Shown piece after piece: positions 47,609-57,587 of a DNA stretch of 64,000 bases (positions are counted from its first letter, which is position 1; every line of letters begins with the position of its first letter). The stretch is from contig JAFGGZ010000032.1 in NCBI GenBank assembly GCA_016939415.1, positions 1,815 through 65,814 of the forward strand, given 5' to 3'. Under the pieces are notes generated by a model. The model did no database searches, had not been told where the DNA came from, and saw nothing but the letters and a program-made list of their open reading frames with translations. The DNA is from Candidatus Iainarchaeum sp. (GTDB taxonomy: Archaea > B1Sed10-29 > WALL01). The position numbers were made by a program, and so were the translations under genes.

Positions 47609-50600
47609 TTTGCCTGCTTATCACGCGCTTCAGCGGCTTGTCCTCTTTTTTTCGCATGCGCCACGCCACGAGCGCTGCAGCCATGGGCAGCAGAACCAGC
47701 GGCGTCCACTCCAGCGAGACCATCCCCGTCGCCGCGCTCTTCCTGAGGGCGGTGCGGGAGTGCGCGTATTTCGCGTAGATGAATGCCTTGTTGTACTCTT
47801 CTGCGTTGTACGACTCTGATGCCTTGCTTAGGATGTCTGCCATTGAGTAATCTTCTGTCTCGTCCATGATTGTTTTCGCTGCGTCGTACTCTTCCCAGGC
47901 TTTCTCAGCCAGTGATGATATCGTGGAGTCTATCCTTTGCTTGGCGTTTTCCACGCGCCTCTCCAAATCCTCTATCTCCTGCACTGTTTCTGCCTTGAGT
48001 TCCTGCGACAACAGTCTCTCGCAATCCCTCTCGCTCATGCTTACGGGAATGATGACGTCCAGCTCGGTGTCTGTGGAGCAGGCTTTCAGCAGTCTCTCCT
48101 CATCTGCATCCAGGGATATTGATGATAATCGCTGCGCCACATCCTCGCGCTCGGATTGCATCAGGCCCCTGATCTCTTTCGCGAGCTGCTCTGTTTCCTC
48201 GGCGTTCTCCAAAAAGCAGGCGTAATCCTCTTTCCTGAAGCATGATTCAGCCAGCTCGTATGCCGAGAGCATTGCTGTTGCGTCCGCTCGCATGCTCTTG
48301 GCTTCTTTCGCAATGGCATCCACTTCCTTGCTCAGCGTTGCTTTCCTGTCCTTCAGAGCCCGCTCGACTCCGGCGGACTTTACGCTGCTGGCGGCTTCTG
48401 AGAAAAGTGTTGTGGCTGCGCTGAACTCCCCCGCGTTCTTGAGCGCGCTGGCTTCGGCAGCAAGCGCTTCAGCTCTGGAAACATCTTTCCCTAGGATGCC
48501 GGCTGCTTCCATAAAGCGCGATGCCTGCAGGTACTCTTCTTCTCTGGCTGATGCCTTGGTCATTTCCAGGAGTGTCTTGGCAAGCTCTGTTCGCAGGCGC
48601 TTCGCTTCCTCCATCAGCGTCGGGGCTTCCAGCAGGATCGTGCCCGCGTCCTTCGATCGCAATGCCCCGGCCTTCCTGCGCAGGGCTTCGGCGTCCTCTC
48701 CTGCCAGCGGCATCAGCAGCCTGTCGAGTTCTTCCAGCGCCTCGGCTGAGTCCTCTTCATCGCTTCCTGCAGTGAACTCCATGCCGAACCCGGTGCACGC
48801 CACGCCTTTCACGAGCACTGTTTTTTCCGACAGGCGTTCCACGCGCCCGGAACTCGTTTTTACCTGGCCTTTTGGCGTGAAGGGGAGGTCTATTATCACA
48901 GAAACGTTGTCCCATCCGCAGTTCATGCGGACGGGCACCCAGCAGTCGTAGCCACTCCGCAGGACGGGCGCGTCCACTGCTACAGGGATCGTGAACACTG
49001 CTTCAACCAGGTTATCTCCTTTCTCGAGCTGCTTCCTGACCTCACCGGTCGAGAACGCTATCATGCCTTCTGTGTCTGCCAGTGAGCTGACGGTCCGACG
49101 GCTTTTCACAGTCGCGACACTGTCTCGTATCCATACGCTGCGTTCTTCTGGCCCGCATTCCAGTGCCACGACCATCAGCTCTTCTTCCCATTCCATTGTC
49201 GAGAATGGCTCGACAGCAGAACCGTACGCTGCCACCGGCAGGGGTGTTGGGTTGAACACTGCATGCCATTCAACGCAGCCCACTTCTTTCCCGCATTCCG
49301 GCGCTTCCGTGAATGAGTATGTTGTGCGTTCCTCGAGCCTGGATCCTGCGTCGAATGCGTCAATGATCTTTGCGTAATGCGCTTTCATGATCTTTAGTTG
49401 TCCGATGGCAGCTTCGTAGTCCAAGCCGTTTTCGAACACTCCACCGAACTCTGCGTCATATCCCGTGATTGCGAGTGCCTGCTCCCTCAGCAGGGGTATG
49501 CTGGCGTACTCTCTCCTGGCCCGCTCCACCAGCCGCTCCCTCAACTGTCCTGCCTCTTCTGCTGCGAGAGCGATTTCTGCGGGCATTTCCGATGCCAGTC
49601 TCTGGTCAAGGAATGCCAGTTCCTCTTTTTCCTGCCGCGTGTCCATGTCTTTGCCTGCCCTGTCTAGGAGCGCTCTTGTCTTTGCCAGTTCTTTTTCAGC
49701 GTCTTTCCCGAGGAAGGCATCGGCTTCCATATCGATTAGGCGCTTGGCTTCTGCGTAATTTTTTATGCTACTCCCCGCGTTCCCTGTCGGTGCGCACAGC
49801 CGTTTCACGCGTCCCGCGATTAGCGCTGTTGCGGACGCATCGTGGTTTTCGCACCATGCTGCTCCCAGCGATTCCAGCTCGAGAAGCTCTTGCCTAGCCC
49901 TCTTCGCCTCTTCCCTCAGGTGCGTTGCCTGCGATGAAATTGATTCAAGGAGCAGCGTTGACTCGACGACGTAATCATTGCCCTTCGTTTCCATAATCCA
50001 CTCCGCCTTCTTTGTCAGGCCGCTCAGTCTGTTCACCTCATCCTCCATGAATTCTTTTGTTTCTCGCGGCGTCTTCCTCGCTGCAGTGAAGTGCTTGTCT
50101 TCGAGCGACGCGATGTCCCGCTCAGTGACAAGTTCAACTCCCATGCCCGCAAGTTCGTCTGCCTCCTGTTTGGTAATGGATAGCGCGTTATCCGCTGTTT
50201 CCACGGCTTCTGCTTGGCTGGCTTTCATCTGCTCCTTGGCGCGCATGAGTCTCTGCTTCATGCCCGCGATTTTCTGGAGTGCGGTGCCGTCCCTGTTTGC
50301 GTGCAGCAAGGCGTTGTAGTGCGTTGAGTAATCATTCGGTGCCTGCAGGATCTTCACGTAGTCGTGGTTGAGTACATAGCTTATGATGGATGCATCGACA
50401 GGCATGTCAGATATGTCCATCCTCACCGACCCTTCCACATACACGTGCCCGTATTTCTGCATCGCTGACAAGAATGGCTGCAGTCCGCTGGTTGTCGGTT
50501 CCTCTAATTCCCGCGCCGTGCCAGCGAACGCGTCATGCGACTCGCTCACGCACTCGGTGCGGTCCGCGCCCATGCGGTCGAGTTCTTCCAAGTCGTTTTT

Positions 50601-51056
50601 CAGCTTGTTCCAGGCACTCTGTCCCGCGTGCACTGCCTCCTGATTCCCTGCTGCAAGGTGGCTGACCATCGATCGCACCCCGCTCACGCATTGCAGGGCG
50701 TTGAACGCGCTGCACATCGAGGGCTTTTCTTTCTCTGCCTGCAGCAGGTGCGTCCACGCGCTCTTTATGTGCTGCTCGGTGTCTTCCATGTCATCGTACC
50801 CATAGTCCAGGTAGGTCTTTATGCGCTGCTCTGGCTCGCGGGCGTAGCCGTAATCGCTAATCCGATAATACTGCAGCAGGACGTTGGCGCTGACCACGTC
50901 TTCGATGAGGTGGCCGTCACTGATCATGGCCGCGATGCTGTTGACTGAGCTGACTGCGATGCTCACAGTACTCACGGCCACGCTGAGTTCAGCCGGGATG
51001 CTGAGCGCCATCGCGTCCGCTACCAGCAGTACCACTATCATCCTCTCCCATCTCAT
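47598..51056 (-). CDS. Large exported protein with helical/coiled-coil and Ig-like regions and a C-terminal TM anchor
   Basis: Signal-like MRWERMIVVLLVADAMA; LVLLPMAAALVAW followed by a basic tail. Confidence 0.75.
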   Translation of the reverse strand: MRWERMIVVLLVADAMALSIPAELSVAVSTVSIAVSSVNSIAAMISDGHLIEDVVSANVLLQYYRISDYGYAREPEQRIKTYLDYGYDDMEDTEQHIKSAWTHLLQAEKEKPSMCSAFNALQCVSGVRSMVSHLAAGNQEAVHAGQSAWNKLKNDLEELDRMGADRTECVSESHDAFAGTARELEEPTTSGLQPFLSAMQKYGHVYVEGSVRMDISDMPVDASIISYVLNHDYVKILQAPNDYSTHYNALLHANRDGTALQKIAGMKQRLMRAKEQMKASQAEAVETADNALSITKQEADELAGMGVELVTERDIASLEDKHFTAARKTPRETKEFMEDEVNRLSGLTKKAEWIMETKGNDYVVESTLLLESISSQATHLREEAKRARQELLELESLGAAWCENHDASATALIAGRVKRLCAPTGNAGSSIKNYAEAKRLIDMEADAFLGKDAEKELAKTRALLDRAGKDMDTRQEKEELAFLDQRLASEMPAEIALAAEEAGQLRERLVERARREYASIPLLREQALAITGYDAEFGGVFENGLDYEAAIGQLKIMKAHYAKIIDAFDAGSRLEERTTYSFTEAPECGKEVGCVEWHAVFNPTPLPVAAYGSAVEPFSTMEWEEELMVVALECGPEERSVWIRDSVATVKSRRTVSSLADTEGMIAFSTGEVRKQLEKGDNLVEAVFTIPVAVDAPVLRSGYDCWVPVRMNCGWDNVSVIIDLPFTPKGQVKTSSGRVERLSEKTVLVKGVACTGFGMEFTAGSDEEDSAEALEELDRLLMPLAGEDAEALRRKAGALRSKDAGTILLEAPTLMEEAKRLRTELAKTLLEMTKASAREEEYLQASRFMEAAGILGKDVSRAEALAAEASALKNAGEFSAATTLFSEAASSVKSAGVERALKDRKATLSKEVDAIAKEAKSMRADATAMLSAYELAESCFRKEDYACFLENAEETEQLAKEIRGLMQSEREDVAQRLSSISLDADEERLLKACSTDTELDVIIPVSMSERDCERLLSQELKAETVQEIEDLERRVENAKQRIDSTISSLAEKAWEEYDAAKTIMDETEDYSMADILSKASESYNAEEYNKAFIYAKYAHSRTALRKSAATGMVSLEWTPLVLLPMAAALVAWRMRKKEDKPLKRVISRQISD

Positions 51057-51091
51057 GGAATCTCCCCCGCATGCTTTTTGTGTGCTGCCTG

Positions 51092-51961
51092 TTAAATGCT
51101 TTTCGCTGCGTTCTTGATTTCTTCTATACTGCGTGCCGCGCTTATCCTCCCCCGCAGCACAGGGCTTCCTGGGAATCCCTTTGCGAGGAAGAGGGCATGG
51201 CACTTCAAGTCGTTGAGAGAAATCTCGCCAGTGCGCTCCGAGGTGGCTGCATACTCCTCGATGAGTCTGATCTTATCCTCCTTCGCTGTGCTTTCCATGC
51301 CGCTGAATACGCGCGGGTCCTCCAGCGCTGCGCGGCCGATCATTACGTGGTCGCACCCCGTCTCCCCGATCATGCGCTCCGCGTCATCCGAGGAGTGCAC
51401 GTCTCCGTTCCCTATGACCGGCACGCCCACTGAGTCCGCCACGCGCTTTATGACCTGCCAGTCCGCTTTCCCGGAGTATCCGTGCGTGGCGAGGCGTCCG
51501 TGCACCGCGATCATGCTGGCGCCCGCGCGCTCGCAGGCCTCGGCTGTCTCCACCGCGTTTTCCCTGTCCCAGCCGGCGCGTATCTTCACTGTGACAGGTA
51601 CTGTCGCGGCGTCTGTCATGGCCTCGACAATGCGCGCCAGTAGCGTGGGGTCCTTCATCAGGTCAGCGCCCATACCATTGCCTGCGACTTTCGGCACTGG
51701 GCATCCTGCGTTCAGGTCTATGAGCACTGGGTTGTATTGCTCTGCCCATCGCACTGCCTCAACGAGCCGTTCAGGCAGGTTGCCGAACAATTGGATGGAG
51801 AGCGGGCCCTCTTCTTCGCTTGTGAGTATGTCGCGCTGCTGGCCGAAGTGCACTGCGTTCGCACTCATCATCTCGGTGCTCACGACATCGGCCCCGTGCT
51901 TCCTGCACATGATCCTGAACGCGAGCGAGTTATACCCGGCCATGGGCGCAAGGAAAAGCAT
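51092..51961 (-). CDS. dus: tRNA-dihydrouridine synthase
   Basis: LAPMAG, DLNAGCP, VKIRAG, VHGR, GNGD, VMIGRAA. Confidence 0.94.
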   Translation of the reverse strand: MLFLAPMAGYNSLAFRIMCRKHGADVVSTEMMSANAVHFGQQRDILTSEEEGPLSIQLFGNLPERLVEAVRWAEQYNPVLIDLNAGCPVPKVAGNGMGADLMKDPTLLARIVEAMTDAATVPVTVKIRAGWDRENAVETAEACERAGASMIAVHGRLATHGYSGKADWQVIKRVADSVGVPVIGNGDVHSSDDAERMIGETGCDHVMIGRAALEDPRVFSGMESTAKEDKIRLIEEYAATSERTGEISLNDLKCHALFLAKGFPGSPVLRGRISAARSIEEIKNAAKSI

Positions 51962-52135
51962 GCGTTCTTGTCTTGTTTGTTCGTTAATAACCGTATCTAT
52001 ACCATACGTGATTTCAAGGTATCGGAAGCGCAGGGTCTTGCGGGCCGCGTGGTCACTGTGGATTTCTTGTCTGTTTGCTATGAAACTTTCTGGGGTAGGA
52101 GTCTTGTCGTGATGCTATTGAACCCGAGCGTCAGG

Positions 52136-52900
52136 TCACTTGGCCGCGCGTGATTCCTCCCATTTCTTCAGCGCTTTCGGCAGTGCGTCAACAACGTCGC
52201 TTGCAGTGAAGTGGTCGCCCAGCTTCTTTTTGCATATGTCCCCTGCAGTGCCGTTCACCCATGCTGCGGCGCAGGCCGCGTTGTACAGCGGAAGGCCTTT
52301 GCACAGGAACCCCGCCACGACGCCCGCCAGGATGTCTCCGGTTCCGCCGCGCGTCATGCCCGCGTTGCCTGTCTTGTTCAGGGTAATGCGTTTGCCGTCA
52401 CTGATTTCATCAACCTGTCCCTTCCTGAGGATGATGAGGTCTTTTCTTGCAGCGCTCTTCACAGCAGCTTTCCCGAACAGACGCTCGAACTCCCGCTCGT
52501 GCGGCGTAATGACTGCGTTCGTCGTTTTCTTGGGGTTGATGAACTTCAGCGCGTCCGCGTCGATTACCTTCGGCTTTTTCGTCGTCACCAGCTCATTCAC
52601 TGCCCGCGCTGTTTCTTTGTCCGCCCCCAGTCCCGGACCGATGATCATGACGTCGAAGTCAATGCCCAATATCTCTTTGACGTGCATTGGCGCGAGATGG
52701 CTTCCGTAGAGTTTCTTGGTGATGACGTCCGGCACCAGCCGGTTCATGGCATAAGCTGCCTTTTCCGGGGCCGCTATGACCACGATGTCTGCCCACGTCA
52801 CGAGGGCGGCCATGGCAGAGAATACCGGCGCCCCCACGTAGTCCTCGCTTCCGCCGACGATGAGTATCCGGCCGTTCTGTCCTTTGTGTTGTTTGCGCAT
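52136..52900 (-). CDS. nnrD: NAD(P)H-hydrate dehydratase
   Basis: HKGQNG, GPGLG, IDADAL, TPHEREF, GGTGDILAG. Confidence 0.93.
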   Translation of the reverse strand: MRKQHKGQNGRILIVGGSEDYVGAPVFSAMAALVTWADIVVIAAPEKAAYAMNRLVPDVITKKLYGSHLAPMHVKEILGIDFDVMIIGPGLGADKETARAVNELVTTKKPKVIDADALKFINPKKTTNAVITPHEREFERLFGKAAVKSAARKDLIILRKGQVDEISDGKRITLNKTGNAGMTRGGTGDILAGVVAGFLCKGLPLYNAACAAAWVNGTAGDICKKKLGDHFTASDVVDALPKALKKWEESRAAK

Positions 52901-52974
52901 GAATCAGAACACGCTTTATGGGAATAAAAGCCTTCGCGCAAATACTTTTATACACAGTTTCTCTGAATTCACAC

Positions 52975-53862
52975 ATGGCCTGCCTAAAGTGCCCAGAGCC
53001 CGTGTATGCGTCAGGCATGTGCGCCGCGCATTTCAGCCAATACTTCGAGAAGAAGGTCTCAAAGACAATAAAGCGGTTCTCATTGTTCGGGAAAGGCGAT
53101 GTCGTGGGCGTCGCTGCCAGCGGGGGCAAGGACTCGACCGCGTGCCTACATATCCTGAAAAAGCTGGGATACGATGTCACCGCGCTCACAGTGGACGCGC
53201 AAATCGGGTCTTACACAGAGGAAAACCTTGTTGCTCTCCGCTCGTTCTGCGAATCCATTGCCGTGCCTCTGCACGAGATCAGTTTCAAGGGCGAGTTCGG
53301 CTACTCTCTGAACGAGGTAACCAGCGTGCTGAAGTCGAAGGGCAACAGTACGTCTTCGTGCTTGGTGTGCGGCGTGCTGCGCAGGTACCTGCTCAACAAG
53401 CTGGCCAAGGAGCTGGGTCTTGACGTTGTCGCGACTGGCCACACAATGGATGACGAGGTGCAGGCCTTTCTCATGAACATCTTCCGCAATGATGCCCGGC
53501 TTGCGCTGCGCCAGGGCCCGGTCACCGGCGACTCTGATGCATCCGGGTTCGTGAAGCGCGTGAAACCGCTGTACTTGTGCACTGAAGCAGAGACTACAGC
53601 GTACTCCAAGCTGTGCGGGTTCCACGTGAAGTACGAGCGCTGCCCGTGCTCTGTGGATGCATACCGCCGGCAGTTCCGCGACTTCCTGGATGGCTTCGAG
53701 AAGCGCCATCCTTCGGTGAAGCACAACATAATGAGTTTCTATTTGGATAATGTCCTTCCGCTGAAGCCTCCGGTTGCATCGCCGGGGAAGTGCGTTAAGT
53801 GCGGCGAGCCGGCCAGCGATTCGTTGTGCAAGCGCTGCGAAATCCTCTCAATGCTCGGCTGA
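52975..53862 (+). CDS. tRNA 2-thiolation protein, TtuA/Ncs6 family
   Basis: SGGKDS, CLVCGVLRR, TGHTMDD, CP, terminal Zn fingers. Confidence 0.9.
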   Translation: MACLKCPEPVYASGMCAAHFSQYFEKKVSKTIKRFSLFGKGDVVGVAASGGKDSTACLHILKKLGYDVTALTVDAQIGSYTEENLVALRSFCESIAVPLHEISFKGEFGYSLNEVTSVLKSKGNSTSSCLVCGVLRRYLLNKLAKELGLDVVATGHTMDDEVQAFLMNIFRNDARLALRQGPVTGDSDASGFVKRVKPLYLCTEAETTAYSKLCGFHVKYERCPCSVDAYRRQFRDFLDGFEKRHPSVKHNIMSFYLDNVLPLKPPVASPGKCVKCGEPASDSLCKRCEILSMLG

Positions 53863-53928
53863 GTGTTCAAAAAAGCATTTAATCTCCGGCAGTGTGCTCT
53901 GGAGCATAAACCGCGCGGAGGTACTTGC

Positions 53929-54123
53929 ATGGAGAAAAACATCGTTGACATGGTTGCCCTGGTGTTGGTTATCATCGGTGGCCTGAACTGGGGTTTGGTC
54001 GGCCTCATCAACCTGGACCTGGTTGAAACTCTTCTCGGGTCAATCCTTGTACTGGCCCAGATTGTTTACATCCTCGTTGGTTTGGCTGCCGTCTACATGA
54101 TCTACTATGTGGTCAAGAAGTAG
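53929..54123 (+). CDS. DUF378 membrane protein
   Basis: LVIIGGLNWGLVG, VYILVGLAA. Confidence 0.9.
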   Translation: MEKNIVDMVALVLVIIGGLNWGLVGLINLDLVETLLGSILVLAQIVYILVGLAAVYMIYYVVKK

Positions 54124-54141
54124 GCCCGCTTCCTCTTTTTT

Positions 54142-54909
54142 TTATCCGTCGAAGAAGTCTGATCTGACGAGTTTCACGTCGCGTGCCTCTAGCCACAGCT
54201 CCATGTCTTCGAGGTAGCCGAACCAGTACACTACCATGCCCGGCCCCCATAGTTCTGTGTACGGCTTGAGTTGCTTCTCGTAGTCGCGTTTCATCTTGGA
54301 CATGTCGCCGAAGCTTGCTTTCGACTCTATCCAGTAGATCTTCTCGTGTGGCGCTCCGGTCTGGAATTCGACTTCCAGAGGCTCGTCCAGCAGGAAGTCC
54401 ACGGTCTTACCACCGTTCGACTTCAGGTCCGCCTCTTCCTTGAACGCGCGGCCGCGTGCCTCTAGCCAGGAGCGTATCTTGGCCTCGCCTTGCTTGCCTC
54501 GCTCTCTCTGGAGCTTGGCTCCCAGTTCCGAGTAGACCATGTCGCGTGCAGTGGCTTCCATGAGCTCTGCCTGGATGCGTTCGTTCTTGATGGCGTTCGG
54601 GTCCTTCAGTGCTTCGCGCGCCTGGCGCTTGGTGAAGCCGTTCTCGCGCATGAGGATGCTCGCCATCAGCATCGGCGAAAAGGCCAGGTCATCAGCAAGT
54701 TTCGTGAACGAGTCCCCGCCCCTCCACTTCTGGAGCAGTCGCTTGCTCTGGCCCGTGACCTTGTAGTAGCTGCGTTTTACGTTCCTGACGTGCTTCTCGG
54801 TGTACAGCACGAACAATAGCTCGCGCTCGTAACCAGCCTCAGACAGTTTCTCTACGTCTTCGTATGTATTCAGTTCTTTCCAGATCTGATTGTATTCTTC
54901 TATATTCAT
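54142..54909 (-). CDS. C15orf41/CDIN1-family PD-(D/E)xK nuclease-like protein
   Basis: KTVDFLL, WIESKASFGD, QLKPY..WGPGMVVYWFGY. Confidence 0.85.
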   Translation of the reverse strand: MNIEEYNQIWKELNTYEDVEKLSEAGYERELLFVLYTEKHVRNVKRSYYKVTGQSKRLLQKWRGGDSFTKLADDLAFSPMLMASILMRENGFTKRQAREALKDPNAIKNERIQAELMEATARDMVYSELGAKLQRERGKQGEAKIRSWLEARGRAFKEEADLKSNGGKTVDFLLDEPLEVEFQTGAPHEKIYWIESKASFGDMSKMKRDYEKQLKPYTELWGPGMVVYWFGYLEDMELWLEARDVKLVRSDFFDG

Positions 54910-54979
54910 CTTATTCACTTTGCAATAATTCTAACAGAAACAGCAAACCTATATATGCGGGCAACCCTTTAAAAAGCTT

Positions 54980-55588
54980 ATGGCTAAATTGGGTGTCCAG
55001 CAGGGGTCCGAGCTCGTCCGCCTCGCCCGTCGCGCTATCGAGGACGCGTTCGCCGGCAGTGAGACCCGCGTTCCTGCAGGAGCCTGGCTGCGCGAGAAGC
55101 GCGGTGTGTTCTGCACGCTTAAGAGCCATCCACTGGATGTGTTGCGCGGCTGCATCGGCGTCCCTGAGCCGCTTATGCCTTTGGGTGAGGCTGTTGTCGA
55201 GGCTGCGACTTCCTCTGCGTTCGGAGACCCTCGTTTCAAGCATCTTTCAAAAGAAGAGCTTGGGAGGACTGTCGTGGAACTCACTGTTCTCTCAAAGCCC
55301 GAGGAGCTGGAATGCCCGAAGGACGAGATGCCCAGCCGCATCGCGATCGGCAGGCACGGTCTGATAGTGCGCCGGGGTATGAACTCCGGGCTGCTGCTGC
55401 CGCAGGTGCCTCTCGAGAACGGCCCCTGGTCTTCTGTGGAGTTCTTGGAGGCTACGTGCTGGAAAGCAGGTCTGGCGCCGCAGGCGTGGAAGGAGGAGGC
55501 GACGAGGGTCTACGTGTTCGAGGGCCAGATATTCTCTGAAAAAGAGCCTGGCGGCGGGGTGGAGGAGAAGACGTTCGCGGGGTCATAG
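54980..55588 (+). CDS. AMMECR1 domain protein
   Basis: GVFCTL, LRGCIG, DPRF, GLLLPQV. Confidence 0.92.
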   Translation: MAKLGVQQGSELVRLARRAIEDAFAGSETRVPAGAWLREKRGVFCTLKSHPLDVLRGCIGVPEPLMPLGEAVVEAATSSAFGDPRFKHLSKEELGRTVVELTVLSKPEELECPKDEMPSRIAIGRHGLIVRRGMNSGLLLPQVPLENGPWSSVEFLEATCWKAGLAPQAWKEEATRVYVFEGQIFSEKEPGGGVEEKTFAGS

Positions 55589-55798
55589 TTTCTTTTCGAG
55601 TTCTTTTTGCTTGGCTTTCATCCTGAATACGAGGACAAGGATCACTGCCAAGACCAGCATGTACGCAACCCAGATCGCCGAGAACGCTTCCACGCCGTAC
55701 CAGAGCAGGATGGGATAAATCCACGAGATGAGCACCAAGGCTTGTATGGTGGTTTCGAAGGCGCACACCTGCTTCTTGTATGCTTCTATTCCTTTCAT
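55583..55798 (-). CDS. Small two-TM membrane protein
   Basis: Hydrophobic helices; ATGA overlap with the upstream ORF. Confidence 0.55.
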   Translation of the reverse strand: MKGIEAYKKQVCAFETTIQALVLISWIYPILLWYGVEAFSAIWVAYMLVLAVILVLVFRMKAKQKELEKKL

Positions 55799-56085
55799 GC
55801 CAACGCATCCACGCACGCGTAGTCCACGCACTTCTGCGTCGGATTGCAGTGCTCGTCCAATGTGCACTCGTGCTCTGTGCATACATGGTTGACGACTATC
55901 CCCTCGCACTCTATTCCTACGCACTCGCCGTCGGTAAGCAGCTCGTCTTCAGCGCATTGCAGCACTGCTCCTCCCCCGAGCTTGGGTAGCATGAAGACCG
56001 CGCTCGCGATTACGAACGATGCCACGAACAGCAGCAGGGCTTTCTGCCAGAATGCAAGGTTCTTGAATGCCTGAACCAATCCCAT
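55795..56085 (-). CDS. Small membrane-anchored Cys-rich protein
   Basis: TM helix followed by ECTLDEHCNPTQKCVDYAC. Confidence 0.65.
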   Translation of the reverse strand: MGLVQAFKNLAFWQKALLLFVASFVIASAVFMLPKLGGGAVLQCAEDELLTDGECVGIECEGIVVNHVCTEHECTLDEHCNPTQKCVDYACVDALA

Positions 56086-56295
56086 GCGCGGAACAACTCA
56101 TGGGTTGTATAAAAGGCTTACATCATGGACTTTGCGAGCTTCCTGGCTTTCTTCAAGCACTTTCTGTGGAACCATTGCCCGCCGAATTTCTTTTCTGCCC
56201 CCGGCTGGCCGCAGACAGAGCATGCTTCACCCGCACTTTCCTGCATGCCTGTGATTAAGAAAGGCTTTTTATTATCCTTTCTTCCTTACTGTCTT

Positions 56296-56757
56296 ATGGA
56301 GAGAGCGATATTCATCGGTAGGTTCCAGCCCCTGCACAAGGGGCATCTGCATGCATTGAGCGAGCTTGGCAAGCACTGGGATGTCACGATCATTGTCGGC
56401 AGCTCGGAATCCCGCAGGACTGCAGAGAACCCTCTCTCCTTCGAAGAGCGGAAAGTCATGATCCGCACAGTGACTGCTGCAGAGGTTATCGGAGTGCCGG
56501 ATGTGTTCAACGCAGAGCGGTGGGCGCAGAGCATCAGGAGCATGATCGATTTCAGCGTCGTCGTGTCCGGCAACGCGTGGACGCGCGCATGCTTCAAGGA
56601 CTGCACTGTGATCGACCCGCCGTTCCTCGAGCCGGAAACGTATAACTCGTCGCGCATCCGCGGCCTCGTCCGGCGGGGCGAGCCGTGGGAGCACTTGGTG
56701 CCTGCGGAGGTTGCGCAGTACCTGCAGTCCAATGACCTGCTGAGGTGGTTCAGATGA
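56296..56757 (+). CDS. nadM: Nicotinamide-nucleotide adenylyltransferase
   Basis: FIGRFQPLHKGH, NPLSFEER, SSRIR, WEHLVP. Confidence 0.9.
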   Translation: MERAIFIGRFQPLHKGHLHALSELGKHWDVTIIVGSSESRRTAENPLSFEERKVMIRTVTAAEVIGVPDVFNAERWAQSIRSMIDFSVVVSGNAWTRACFKDCTVIDPPFLEPETYNSSRIRGLVRRGEPWEHLVPAEVAQYLQSNDLLRWFR

Positions 56758-57587
56758 ATGCCGACGACGAGATACGACGGCTTCTCGACATCGCTCTGGA
56801 GAACGACATCGGCCCAGGCGACGTGACTGCAGCGCGCATTATCGGCAGGGACCAGCGTGTGACCGCAGTGTTCGTCACGCGTTCCGCAGGCGTCGTCGCT
56901 GGCATCGACGAAGTGGAGTACATGGCTGAAAAGCTCGGCCTTGGGTTCAGGGCGCTGAAGAGGGATGGCGGGGACATGGGGTCCGGCGACGAGCTGGCTG
57001 TAGTGGAGGGCAGGGCTTATGACGTGCTTTGCGCGGAGCGCACTGCCTTGAACGTGCTGGCGAGGATGAGCGCCATCGCTTCCGAGACCAGGGATTGGTG
57101 CTCGCACGGAGTGCCTGTTGCTGCGACGCGCAAGACGCCTCCAGGATGCCTCTTCCTGGACAAGAAGGCGGTGCGCATCGGCGGTGGCCTGACGCACCGG
57201 ATGGCCTTGTGGGATAAGACGCTGGTGAAGGACACGCACTTGGAGTGCCTGAGGACGAGGGGGCTGTCTCACCACGAGGCGTTTCAGGACGCTGTCACGC
57301 GGGGTGAGCGGCCGGTGGAAGTCGAGGTGGAGTCCGAAGATGACGCGCTCTTCGTCGCGGGCCTGGGCGCGGATATAATCATGCTCGACAACTTCTCTCC
57401 GGAGAAGGCGAAGGCGATCATACCGAAACTGCGTTCCATAAGCCCTTGCGTTCGCGTGGAGTTGTCCGGCGGCATCACGCGCGACAACATACGGGAGTAC
57501 GCTGCTTGCGGAGCCGACTTTGTTTCGTCGAGCGCCATCACTGCTGCGGTAGTGCCTTTGGACATGACCATGCGCGTTCAGGAGTAG
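56754..57587 (+). CDS. nadC: Quinolinate phosphoribosyltransferase (NadC family)
   Basis: GDVT, ERTALN, TRKT, HR, EVEVE, MLDNF, ELSGGI. Confidence 0.9.
   Translation: MNADDEIRRLLDIALENDIGPGDVTAARIIGRDQRVTAVFVTRSAGVVAGIDEVEYMAEKLGLGFRALKRDGGDMGSGDELAVVEGRAYDVLCAERTALNVLARMSAIASETRDWCSHGVPVAATRKTPPGCLFLDKKAVRIGGGLTHRMALWDKTLVKDTHLECLRTRGLSHHEAFQDAVTRGERPVEVEVESEDDALFVAGLGADIIMLDNFSPEKAKAIIPKLRSISPCVRVELSGGITRDNIREYAACGADFVSSSAITAAVVPLDMTMRVQE

Noticed and set aside
51096-52112. Long antisense ORFs (for example opposite dus, DP1, hel308)
   Set aside because: Shadow frames of well-supported genes in GC-rich DNA
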